Assembly: GCF_019264485.1 (NCBI RefSeq)
Contig: NZ_JAHVAA010000003.1
Span: 2,355-66,354, forward strand
DNA from: Sediminibacterium sp.
Lineage (GTDB): Bacteria > Bacteroidota > Bacteroidia > Chitinophagales > Chitinophagaceae
Direction of reading: 5' to 3'
DNA length: 64,000 nt
Shown here: piece by piece, positions 54,897 through 63,701 of the stretch
How the letters are laid out: every line of letters begins with the position of its first letter
Position numbering within the stretch: position 1 is the first letter of the stretch
Made by a program: the position numbers and the translations under genes
Notes under the pieces: generated by a model
Seen by the model: the letters and a program-made list of their open reading frames with translations, nothing else
What the model was told of the DNA's origin: nothing
Databases searched by the model: none

Positions 54897-55549
54897 TCAA
54901 AGAAGTCAATCGTATTATTGTATTTGATATCCCTTATAGCCGACCATTCATAAATACTGGCCAGCCTTTTCCATTCACCCTCGATCTTTTCGTAAATCCA
55001 GAAAGTACCTTCTTTTGAGAAAATACTGCTTTTACCGAGATAGAAAAAACAGAGTGTATTGTTGCGGAGAAAAAAAGGAGCAGTAAAATGCTGTACTTCC
55101 ATACAGATTTTCTGCTGTGGTTTTGCTTTGCTGTTATCTGTTTTGGTGAGCAGTGGTTCAACTGAATTCAATGGAATCATATAAGCAAAAGGAAACATTT
55201 TAGCCGGCCAGCTTATTTTTTTTACAGCATCTAACTGGCTCACTATATAACGTCTCTCTTCCAGTGTAAACCGGGTTTTTCTTTTTACATACACAGCCTG
55301 ATCGGGGTCCCATTCCTTGAATTCTTTGTCTGATAAAAAAGCCTGTTTTACTTTATTGATAATATTGGTATCTACCCTGTCTGAATAAAAAAAAGTATCA
55401 CATTCCTGGTAAGCAAAGGGGCGGTCATTAAACCAATTACTGTAAATATCCCTGATCAGCGATGCCGACGACGAACTCTCCTGAGCCCTTAGCTGAAGAG
55501 AAATAATAAGAATCGCCAATAAAAAAATGGATCGTTTATACAACCGCAT
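54893..55549 (-). CDS. hypothetical secreted protein
   Basis: Signal peptide 'SIFLLAILIISLQLRAQ'. Its stop overlaps the convergent gene's stop within TTAA. Confidence 0.5.
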   Translation of the reverse strand: MRLYKRSIFLLAILIISLQLRAQESSSSASLIRDIYSNWFNDRPFAYQECDTFFYSDRVDTNIINKVKQAFLSDKEFKEWDPDQAVYVKRKTRFTLEERRYIVSQLDAVKKISWPAKMFPFAYMIPLNSVEPLLTKTDNSKAKPQQKICMEVQHFTAPFFLRNNTLCFFYLGKSSIFSKEGTFWIYEKIEGEWKRLASIYEWSAIRDIKYNNTIDFFD

Positions 55550-55621
55550 GCAATGAGATTACAGAATCCTTAAAGATATTCAGGATTTGAATACGAAATA
55601 CAGACGAAGATTAGAAGCTGG

Positions 55622-56785
55622 TTAAAGCAGTGCCTGTAAGATATCCGCCAGTATATCATCTTTATGCTCCAGTCCTACAGAAATACGGATAAGTCCGGGT
55701 GTAATATTAACGGCTTGTCTTTCCTCTTCTGTAAGTTTGGCATGCGTGGTGCTTGCAGGGTGCGAGGCAATACTTCTCGTATCTCCGAGGTTGGCGGTAA
55801 GAGAAAGCATTTTCAGTTTATTCAAAAAATTCCTGCCAGCTTCCAATCCTCCCTTTAATTCAAAACATACAATGCCACCTCCGTTTTGCATCTGTTTTTG
55901 TGCAATGGTGAACTGCGGATGCGATTTTAGGTATGGGTATTTCAGCCAACTAATAGCAGCATGTCCTTCCAGTGCCGAAGCTATATGCAAGGCGTTGGCT
56001 GCATGCCGTTCCATTCTTACATCGAGGGTCTCAAGGCTTTTGCTCAGTACCCAAGCATTAAAAGGAGATAAAGCAGGCCCTGTACTTCTGCAGAACAGGT
56101 AAATATCTTTAATAAGTTCTTTTTTTCCTACCACCACACCACCCAATACCCGGCCCTGTCCGTCAAGCCATTTGGTAGCAGAATGCACCACCAGATCGGC
56201 GCCGTATTCAATGGGTTGCTGGTTAACAGGTGTGGCAAAACAATTGTCGACGTTCAGGATAATACCATGTTTTCGAGACAGTTTTCCAATCATCTCCAGA
56301 TCCAGCAAATCAAGCCCCGGATTGGTAGGTGTTTCCAGGTAAATCATTTTGGTATTGGGTTGAATAGCAGTTTCCCAGGCAGCAGCGTCTGCTGTTGCAG
56401 GTACATACGAATATTCAATGCCATATTTCGGCAGGTATTTGGAAATGACGGTATGGGTACTGCCAAATATGGAATTGCAGGACAACAGGTGATCGCCCTG
56501 TTTCATCAACGCCATAAAAGAACCAAAAACGGCGCTCATTCCCGAAGCAGTGGCATAACCGGCTTCAGCACCCTCCAGCTCACATACCCTGTCTACAAAT
56601 TCCTGCACATTCGGATTGCTGAAACGGCTGTAAATATTGTCATCTGTTTCATCTGCAAAGGCCGCACGCATCGATTCTGCATCCTCAAAACAAAAACTGC
56701 TGGTAAGGAACAGAGGGGAAGAATGTTCCATTTCACTGGTTCTGTTGACCTGGGTACGGATGGCACGGGTAATTTTATCGGACAT
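55622..56785 (-). CDS. PLP-dependent O-acyl-homoserine sulfhydrylase / cystathionine gamma-synthase family enzyme (MetZ-like)
   Basis: 'YSRFSNPNV', PLP-lysine context 'HSATKWLDGQG', and 'IRISVGLE'. Confidence 0.8.
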   Translation of the reverse strand: MSDKITRAIRTQVNRTSEMEHSSPLFLTSSFCFEDAESMRAAFADETDDNIYSRFSNPNVQEFVDRVCELEGAEAGYATASGMSAVFGSFMALMKQGDHLLSCNSIFGSTHTVISKYLPKYGIEYSYVPATADAAAWETAIQPNTKMIYLETPTNPGLDLLDLEMIGKLSRKHGIILNVDNCFATPVNQQPIEYGADLVVHSATKWLDGQGRVLGGVVVGKKELIKDIYLFCRSTGPALSPFNAWVLSKSLETLDVRMERHAANALHIASALEGHAAISWLKYPYLKSHPQFTIAQKQMQNGGGIVCFELKGGLEAGRNFLNKLKMLSLTANLGDTRSIASHPASTTHAKLTEEERQAVNITPGLIRISVGLEHKDDILADILQALL

Positions 56786-56844
56786 GATGAAGATTTGAAG
56801 ATGTCGAATCCCTGATGGCTGATTTGCCTTTTCAAAGATTTTTA

Positions 56845-56852
56845 CAAATGTA
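56845..56852 (-). promoter_or_regulatory. candidate -7 box (TACATTTG) for the metZ-like gene
   Basis: caaatgta on plus, 59 nt upstream of ATG 56785. Confidence 0.3.
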
Positions 56853-56882
56853 ATTCACTCCTGCCCTTATTTTGCTGTTGAA

Positions 56883-57926
56883 ATGAGGAATAATCAGTTG
56901 AAATATTTTGAATACAAACAGGTGTTTGCATTAGAATCGGGTTTGTCGCTGCCCGCCCTCACCATTGCTTATCATACCTATGGTGAGTGGAAAGGAAGCG
57001 AATCGAAAGTGGTTTGGGTTTGCCATGCATTAACAGCCAGTGCAGATTGTGCCGATTGGTGGAAAGGGTTGATAGGAGAGGATTCACTGATTAATCCTGA
57101 TGATTATTTTATTGTTTGTGCCAATATACTGGGGTCCTGTTATGGTACAACGGGCCCGTTAAGCAAGAACCCGATAACAGACACACCCTATTTTTCAACC
57201 TTCCCCAATATCACCATTCGCGATATGGTACAGGCACATATACTGCTGCGCGAACATCTGGGTATCAAAAAAATCAGTTTACTGATGGGTGGAAGTATGG
57301 GCGGTTACCAGGCACTCGAATGGGCGCTCATGGAACCTTTCGTTATTCAACGTTTATTTTTAATTGCTACATCGCCATCGGAGAGTGCCTGGGGAGTTGC
57401 GGTACATACTGCACAAAGATTGGCCATTGAAGCAGACGATAGCTGGAAAGATGCAAATGAGAAAGCCGGTGCTAAAGGTTTAAAAGCGGCACGCGCCATT
57501 GGCATGCTCACCTATCGGAATTATGGAATTTTTCAACAGGCACAAACCGATCCTGATCCGGAGAAAATCGATGATTTTCGCGCCGCTTCTTATATAAACT
57601 ATCAGGGAGAAAAACTGGTGAACCGCTTCAATGCCTATTCATACTGGTTACTTACCAAATCGATGGACAGTCACCACCTTGGGCGGGGAAGGGGAGGTAA
57701 TCTGATTGAAACACTGAACCTGGTACAGCAACCCGTATTAATTATTGGTATTGACAGTGATATTCTCTGTCCTTTAGACGAACAGCGGTTTATGCAGGAA
57801 CACCTGCCTAATGCTACACTGATAGAAATAGGGTCAACCTATGGGCATGATGGGTTTATTATTGAAACCAGGCAGATTACCCGGCACCTGGGACCCTGGC
57901 TTGAACAGAACCAAACTGGCGGATAA
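56883..57926 (+). CDS. metX: homoserine O-acetyltransferase
   Basis: 'VVWVCHALTASAD', nucleophile elbow 'GGSMGGYQALEW', and 'YGHDGFI'. Confidence 0.9.
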   Translation: MRNNQLKYFEYKQVFALESGLSLPALTIAYHTYGEWKGSESKVVWVCHALTASADCADWWKGLIGEDSLINPDDYFIVCANILGSCYGTTGPLSKNPITDTPYFSTFPNITIRDMVQAHILLREHLGIKKISLLMGGSMGGYQALEWALMEPFVIQRLFLIATSPSESAWGVAVHTAQRLAIEADDSWKDANEKAGAKGLKAARAIGMLTYRNYGIFQQAQTDPDPEKIDDFRAASYINYQGEKLVNRFNAYSYWLLTKSMDSHHLGRGRGGNLIETLNLVQQPVLIIGIDSDILCPLDEQRFMQEHLPNATLIEIGSTYGHDGFIIETRQITRHLGPWLEQNQTGG

Positions 57927-57930
57927 CTGT

Positions 57931-57938
57931 TATTTTTG
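57931..57938 (+). promoter_or_regulatory. candidate -7 box (TATTTTTG) for the small membrane protein gene
   Basis: Matches TAnnTTTG, 15 nt upstream of ATG 57954. Confidence 0.3.
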
Positions 57939-57953
57939 TATAAATGGATTTTT

Positions 57954-58130
57954 ATGGGCATCCTCAGACAATTAGCAGAATACCTCTACATTAAAAAGAA
58001 AGACCCCGATCAGCCACGTACACAGTGGATGAAATATATGCATGGCATGAACCGCATTTCGTTGATCATGTTTATGGCAGCGTTACTGATTATTATTTTT
58101 AAACTGGTGATACTACCCATGTTCCGATAA
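57954..58130 (+). CDS. small hypothetical membrane protein
   Basis: 58 aa with one C-terminal TM segment, 'ISLIMFMAALLIIIFKLVILPMF'. Confidence 0.4.
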   Translation: MGILRQLAEYLYIKKKDPDQPRTQWMKYMHGMNRISLIMFMAALLIIIFKLVILPMFR

Positions 58131-58167
58131 AATTTGTCCCCTCTATGTATTTGCATAAATTACATAG

Positions 58168-58728
58168 ATGAAAATCGGGGTATCTATTGTCGTTTTACTT
58201 TGTGCTGTTTGTATGCATTCTGTTCATGCACAGGTAGCAGATACATTGTTATGGCAACCTGAACGAACGTTGAATTGGATGGATTATAAAGGGGTGCCAG
58301 ATCAGCAATCACATTATACAGCGCTTACACATGCAGAAATAAGGTATCAGGTATCCATGCAGCGCTCTTTTGCAAAATTTGATTTCGCAACCCTTTTTCT
58401 CAAAAAAACTTCCTGGACCAAACATACCCGGGACCCGCTTCTATTGAAACACGAGCAGGTTCATTTTAATATTGCGGAGCTACATAAAAGAGTATTCATT
58501 GAAATACTATATACCCGGCATCTCTCCTATACAGGGTTTGAAACAGAAGTGAAAAGACTGGGCGATTCTGTAAATGTGGCCAGACACCGGATGGATGATG
58601 CATTTGATGCAGATGTATCGAATATGCGTGATAATATGAAAATCAATAAATGGTACAGGCAGATCGAAGAAATGTTGAATCGGTTAAAAGCCTATGACCG
58701 AAACAGTATTCTCATTGCGTTGAAATAA
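58168..58728 (+). CDS. DUF922-like putative zinc metallopeptidase, secreted
   Basis: Signal peptide and 'HEQVHFNIAELH' (an HExxH-type motif). Confidence 0.5.
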   Translation: MKIGVSIVVLLCAVCMHSVHAQVADTLLWQPERTLNWMDYKGVPDQQSHYTALTHAEIRYQVSMQRSFAKFDFATLFLKKTSWTKHTRDPLLLKHEQVHFNIAELHKRVFIEILYTRHLSYTGFETEVKRLGDSVNVARHRMDDAFDADVSNMRDNMKINKWYRQIEEMLNRLKAYDRNSILIALK

Positions 58729-58733
58729 ACGTT

Positions 58734-59855
58734 CTATTTTTTTATCAGGCTGATCACCTGTTGCGCCGCTAAAGAAGATGCGTTTCCACTCTCCGATAAA
58801 CGCTCCCATAAAACAGCATAATCAGACATTATTTGTTGCCGGTGTTGTTTATTCTCCAGAATAAGATGTAACTCGTGTACCAGGTTCTTTGTATTCAGTT
58901 CCTGTTGTATCAGTTCCTTCACCACCAGTTTATCCATGATCAGGTTGACTAATGAAATATATTTTATACTGATTAATCGTTTGGCAATCTGGTAGCTGAT
59001 ATTACTTCCTTTGTAACACACGATCTCAGGCACTTTCAAAAGTGCTGTTTCCAAAGTAGCGGTTCCGCTTGTTACCAATGCTGCATCAGACTGCATCAGA
59101 AGCTCATAAGTCTGGTTACTCACACTGCTTACATTGGGTGCTGATGCTAAAAAAGGCTGATAAAATGCATCATCCAGACCCGGTGCTTTGGCCACCACAA
59201 AATGGTAATCCGGAAAAAGCGGAGCCACGCTCAGCATAATGGGTAATTTTTTACTGATCTCCTGCTTACGGCTGCCTGGTAGTAACGCAATAATGGCTTT
59301 ATGATGATCACCTGCTTCTTGTTTCTTGTTGCCTGATTCTTTTATTTTCCTGTCTATCACTTCTACCAGTGGATGACCAACATATTCTACATTCCAGTTC
59401 CATTTGGTTTTGTAATAATCTTTTTCAAAGGGAAGTATGCAAAGCATTTTATCGATGCATTGTTTCATTTTCTTCACCCTGTTTTCTTTCCAGGCCCAAA
59501 CCTGGGGTGAAATATAATAAGCTACTTTAAATCCTTGCTTTTTGGCCCATTCAGCGATACGCAGGTTAAATCCGGGATAATCAATTAACACTAAAACATT
59601 GGGTTGCCAGTTTTGTATATCAGCTTTGCAGTATCTGATATTGCGAAGAATGACAGGTAAATTTTTCACTACTTCGGCAAAACCCATAAAAGCCAGATCG
59701 CGGAAGTGTTTAACCAGTGTACCACCTGCAGCTTCCATTAAATCGCCACCCCAGCAGCGTATATCCGCTTCAGGGTCCTGTTGTTTCAATGCTTTAATAA
59801 GGTTGCTGCCGTGCAGGTCACCGCTGGCTTCACCTGATATGAGGTAGTATTTCAT
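58734..59855 (-). CDS. lpxB: lipid-A-disaccharide synthase
   Basis: 'MKYYLISGEASGDLHG', 'LIDYPGFNL' and 'ATLETALL'. ATG at 59855. Confidence 0.9.
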   Translation of the reverse strand: MKYYLISGEASGDLHGSNLIKALKQQDPEADIRCWGGDLMEAAGGTLVKHFRDLAFMGFAEVVKNLPVILRNIRYCKADIQNWQPNVLVLIDYPGFNLRIAEWAKKQGFKVAYYISPQVWAWKENRVKKMKQCIDKMLCILPFEKDYYKTKWNWNVEYVGHPLVEVIDRKIKESGNKKQEAGDHHKAIIALLPGSRKQEISKKLPIMLSVAPLFPDYHFVVAKAPGLDDAFYQPFLASAPNVSSVSNQTYELLMQSDAALVTSGTATLETALLKVPEIVCYKGSNISYQIAKRLISIKYISLVNLIMDKLVVKELIQQELNTKNLVHELHLILENKQHRQQIMSDYAVLWERLSESGNASSLAAQQVISLIKK

Positions 59856-59933
59856 AGTGAATGGTGAGTAATGAGTAGTCAGTAGTGAATAGCAAGGAGT
59901 ATTCCACTCACTATTCACTACCGACTACTCACT
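59856..59933. repeat. heptamer-hairpin element (TRGTGAR family), copy 4
   Basis: agtgaatggtgagtaatgagtagtcagtagtgaatag, a loop, then cactcactattcactaccgactactcact. It abuts the lpxB start codon. Confidence 0.85.
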
Positions 59934-59999
59934 AAAAATCCCCCGCAAAATACACCCATCCAAACGCTTTCAAGAGAATAGCGAACTTTTTTTCAGAAT

Positions 60000-60044
60000 A
60001 ACTAAAAAAATAGTTGTAAAACTAAAAAATTAGTTTTAGGTTTG
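60000..60044 (+). promoter_or_regulatory. candidate blaI promoter (-33 TTG 60014..60016, N20, -7 TAGGTTTG 60037..60044) overlaid by two tandem palindromes
   Basis: AACTA-A6-TAGTT (60000..60015) and TAAAACTAA-A4-TTAGTTTTA (60017..60038), with centres about 20 bp apart. Confidence 0.5.
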
Positions 60045-60067
60045 TTCTGAGTTTAAATCATCCCCCC

Positions 60068-60430
60068 ATGAAGCCATTAACAAAAGCCGAAGAACAGATC
60101 ATGCACAGCATCTGGAAACTGGGTGAAGCATTTTTAAAAGACATACTCGAACAGCAGCCTGAACCCAAGCCACATTCCAATACAGTGGCCACTATTTTAA
60201 AAATATTGGTAGACAAAGGATTTGTGGGTATTACACCAATTGGAAGGATGCACCGTTATTATCCCCTGGTATCAAAAGAAGAATATTCATCGAGCAGTAT
60301 CCGCAACCTGGTAGAGGGCTATTTTGAAGGATCGTTCAGTGAAGCAGTGACTTTTATGGTAAAACAGAAAGATATCAGTGTGCGTGAGCTGGAATTATTG
60401 TTACAGGAAATTAAAAACGCCAAAAAATAA
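60068..60430 (+). CDS. BlaI/MecI/CopY family transcriptional repressor
   Basis: 120 aa winged-helix protein, 'LTKAEEQIMHSIWKLGEAFLKDI...SNTVATILKILVDKGFV'. Confidence 0.85.
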   Translation: MKPLTKAEEQIMHSIWKLGEAFLKDILEQQPEPKPHSNTVATILKILVDKGFVGITPIGRMHRYYPLVSKEEYSSSSIRNLVEGYFEGSFSEAVTFMVKQKDISVRELELLLQEIKNAKK

Positions 60431-60434
60431 ACGC

Positions 60435-63335
60435 ATGCTGAGTACTGCTTATTATTTTCTGCAGGTGATACTTTGTAGTGCCATTATGATGGGGTATTAC
60501 TGGATCGCTTTGCGAAACAAAAAGTTTCATCAGTATAATCGTTTTTACCTGCTGGCCGTGGCTTTGTTTTCGTGGACAGTTCCGCTGATTAAAATTCAAT
60601 GGGTAACTGCATATGCGAACCAGCAACAGGTAATTCGTTTTTTATCGGTAGTGGCCGATAATAATTCCGAGATAGAAGCAGTGATTGGCAGCAAAGGCTT
60701 TCACTGGAGCATGGAGAGAATTATGAGTGTTGTTTATGTATTGGTGGCCACCTGTTTACTGGCTGCTTTAATCAGTGCTTTTTACAGGATTTATCAGTTA
60801 CTCAAAACACATTCCTGTAAAAAAGTAGGAGAGGTATTCCTTATCATCACCCAGGCAAAGGGGACGCCCTTTTCCTTTTTCCGGTATATTTTCTGGAATG
60901 AAGAGATCGATATCCGAAGCGCATCGGGTAAACAGATCCTTCAACATGAGCTGACGCATGTACAACAGAAACACTCTGTTGATAAACTGCTGATTCAGGT
61001 TATGTTGATTCCCGGATGGCTCAATCCATTTTTCTGGTTACTCAAAAAAGAAATGGACATGATTCATGAATTCATTGCAGATAAAAAAGCGGTACAGGAT
61101 GGTGACACGGCTGCATTGGCGCAAATGCTGTTAACGGCAGTTTATCCGAAACATCATTTCGAGCTAACGCACCCGTTCTTTTTTTCACCCATAAAAAGGA
61201 GGTTGCAAATGTTAACCAATCATAAAAACCCAAGATTCAGTTATATCCGTCGTCTGGTTATATTACCCTTGCTGGCGGTTGTAATCGTATTGTTTGCCTT
61301 TCGTAACAAAGAATACAGGGCTAAACATCCTATTTCTGTCAAAAATGTACTGGAAAGTGTAATTAACGATGTAAATACATCACAACAATCGGGCGTTACT
61401 ATAAAAGATATTGATCTCGAAGATTTGGCCCCGATGAAACTCAGTAAAACCTATCGTATCGTTATCAATCCGGGTCATGGTGGAGAAGATGTTGGGGCAA
61501 GAGCTGTTGATGGAACAACAGAATCTGCACTAACACTTCAATTGGCAAAAATGCTGAAAGAGAAAAATACAAATCCGCAGTTAGAGATTGTTCTGACCCG
61601 AAATGCAGATGAATTTCACACAGTGGTGCAGGTAGCAGAAAAAACAAACGCTTTGTCTCCCGATTTGTTTATCTCACTACACATGAACAGCGCAGCAACT
61701 GTTCGCAGAAAAGGGGAAGCTCCAGTGAGTAATCCCGCAAAAGGAACTGAAATTTACCTGGCTGATAAAACAAAAACCTTTGATTACAATAAAAGTTATC
61801 AGCTGGCCAACTGGATGGGTAATTTTCTAACCCAGGCAGGCACTTCATTTCAGGGAATAAAAAGCAGGAATAAGGGTATCTATGTTTTGCAAACAATTAA
61901 GTGCCCTTCGGTATTATTGGAAGCAGGCTATATGACCAATAAGGACGAGGCTTTACTCCTTAAAAGCGAAGCATACCAGGCAAAAATAGCCATGGCTATT
62001 TTACATGGTATTGAACAATACCTGGCAGCTGTTGAAGGAAAAACAGCTGATACAAACGGGGAACCGTCAAGCAAAACAAATCCTTCATTTGAGTTCGGTG
62101 CAAAAACGGCAGTAGTGATGAATGATAAAGCAGGTAATATTCAATCGATAAAACTGGAGGGAAATCCCTATTTCAAATTCCCTGAACAATACCAGTCGAT
62201 GGATGGCTTATTATATTTCCTGAATGGCGAGAAAATAAGCTATAATCAGTTGAATGATTTAGAACCTAATACAATCCAAAAGATTAATATCATTAAAGAT
62301 CCGGCAGCATTAAAAATATTCACCGATGAAGATGTGAAGGGAGTGGTGTTGATTACTACCAAGCAGGCAGTAAACGTTAAAGCGCATAATGAAGATAATA
62401 CAGAACGTAAAGAACCTGTTAATTACATAATTACGGTAGTAAATGATCGACCAATAATTAATGAAATAAAAGTATTGTATTTACATAATGATCTGCCGAC
62501 GGTTGAAGGATATGACCTGAAAGATCCTGTTAAAAGAAGTGCGTTTGCGAAAAAATTTGCAGGTGAAAACGGCGTTGATAAAATAGTTAAGGATGCAGAG
62601 AATTATTATTCTGGAATAAAGGGTATAAAAAATACTAAACCAGCTGTATTATCAATGCAGGTTGAATATCCAGCCGATTTTCCGGGAGGGGAACTCGCTT
62701 GGCAAAAATACCTGGTAAAAAACCTGAATAGAGATATACCGGTTGAGAAAGGGGCTGGTCCGGGTACTTATGTAGTAAAAGTAACTTTCGTAGTTGAGCC
62801 AACTGGGATTATCAAAGATGTGAAAGTAAAACAAGATCCTGGTTTTGGTACTGCTGCTGAAGTAGTAAGAATTATTACCAAAGGTCCGAACTGGCGCCCA
62901 GCACTCTATAAACAAAAGGCTGTAGCTTCGCTAATAGAGAAAAAAGTTACGTTTGTTATTTCTGATGAAAGTGATGAACCAGTACAAAAAGAGCAGGTAA
63001 AAGATGTTGTTCTTGAAACTGTTTATGTTGATCCGCAAATTCCACCTTCTTTCCCCGGGGGATTAGCTGCCTGGGCAAAATATCTTGAAAGAAACCTGGA
63101 TGCTAATCTTGTCAAGAAAAAAGGTGGCCCTCCCGGAAAGTACACCGTTGTTCTGAATTTTGTAGTGGATGAAAATGGAAAGATCAGTAATGTTAGATCA
63201 AATAATCCGGGCTACGGTACAAGGGAAGAAGCAGTTCGAATAATTGAAAAAGGGCCTAACTGGAAACCTGCTATCAATAAAGGAAAGCCAGTTAAGGCAG
63301 AGCACAAACTAAGTATCACATTTAATCATGCATAA
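60435..63335 (+). CDS. BlaR1/M56-type membrane metalloprotease sensor fused to an amidase_3 domain and two TonB C-terminal domains
   Basis: TM segments and 'HELTHVQQKH'. Amidase_3 spans about 61452..62025 ('NPGHGGED', 'ESALTL', 'SLHMNS', 'LLEAGYMTN'). TonB_C-like modules lie at about 62660..62960 and about 63025..63320 ('FPGG...W.KYL'). Confidence 0.75.
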   Translation: MLSTAYYFLQVILCSAIMMGYYWIALRNKKFHQYNRFYLLAVALFSWTVPLIKIQWVTAYANQQQVIRFLSVVADNNSEIEAVIGSKGFHWSMERIMSVVYVLVATCLLAALISAFYRIYQLLKTHSCKKVGEVFLIITQAKGTPFSFFRYIFWNEEIDIRSASGKQILQHELTHVQQKHSVDKLLIQVMLIPGWLNPFFWLLKKEMDMIHEFIADKKAVQDGDTAALAQMLLTAVYPKHHFELTHPFFFSPIKRRLQMLTNHKNPRFSYIRRLVILPLLAVVIVLFAFRNKEYRAKHPISVKNVLESVINDVNTSQQSGVTIKDIDLEDLAPMKLSKTYRIVINPGHGGEDVGARAVDGTTESALTLQLAKMLKEKNTNPQLEIVLTRNADEFHTVVQVAEKTNALSPDLFISLHMNSAATVRRKGEAPVSNPAKGTEIYLADKTKTFDYNKSYQLANWMGNFLTQAGTSFQGIKSRNKGIYVLQTIKCPSVLLEAGYMTNKDEALLLKSEAYQAKIAMAILHGIEQYLAAVEGKTADTNGEPSSKTNPSFEFGAKTAVVMNDKAGNIQSIKLEGNPYFKFPEQYQSMDGLLYFLNGEKISYNQLNDLEPNTIQKINIIKDPAALKIFTDEDVKGVVLITTKQAVNVKAHNEDNTERKEPVNYIITVVNDRPIINEIKVLYLHNDLPTVEGYDLKDPVKRSAFAKKFAGENGVDKIVKDAENYYSGIKGIKNTKPAVLSMQVEYPADFPGGELAWQKYLVKNLNRDIPVEKGAGPGTYVVKVTFVVEPTGIIKDVKVKQDPGFGTAAEVVRIITKGPNWRPALYKQKAVASLIEKKVTFVISDESDEPVQKEQVKDVVLETVYVDPQIPPSFPGGLAAWAKYLERNLDANLVKKKGGPPGKYTVVLNFVVDENGKISNVRSNNPGYGTREEAVRIIEKGPNWKPAINKGKPVKAEHKLSITFNHA

Positions 63336-63336
63336 A

Positions 63337-63395
63337 TTTTAGCCACAGATTCACAGATTGCTTCTTACATCATCTGTGAATCTGTGGCTAAAAAA
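63337..63395. terminator. bidirectional terminator between convergent genes
   Basis: tttagccacagattcacagat / atctgtgaatctgtggctaaa, a 21-bp stem flanked by T- and A-runs. Confidence 0.8.
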
Positions 63396-63701
63396 TCATA
63401 CAAACCATTTAAAAGACAGCGCTATCAATGCATAAATACAGGTAGCAATAAAAATACCCCTTGCTGTTTTATCTTTCTGTTGATTAATATAAATCGTGAA
63501 TACCACAGCATTGGTAATTAACGAAAGGCTGATAATACCCGTTAGCATAGAAGGGTTTGACCGGATGATGTGTAAAAATTCCTGAAAACTGAATAACCTG
63601 AACTTTACCAGATAGTAGATAAAGAAGCCAAGTACAGGCGACAAGAACCCAAGTATCAGACCCAGTCGGAGATTATCCTTTTTAAGCATCAGAATTTCCA
63701 T
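63396..63701 (-). CDS. hypothetical small membrane protein
   Basis: Three hydrophobic segments. Start is ATG 63701 or ATG 63689; the latter overlaps the surE stop as TGATG. Confidence 0.45.
   Translation of the reverse strand: MEILMLKKDNLRLGLILGFLSPVLGFFIYYLVKFRLFSFQEFLHIIRSNPSMLTGIISLSLITNAVVFTIYINQQKDKTARGIFIATCIYALIALSFKWFV

Noticed and set aside
56786-56882. Possible SAM riboswitch in the divergent metZ-like/metX intergenic region.
   Set aside because: Only 97 nt are shared by two divergent promoters. That is too short for a SAM-I-type aptamer plus expression platform on either side, and I saw no recognisable conserved riboswitch core. A covariance-model scan would settle it.
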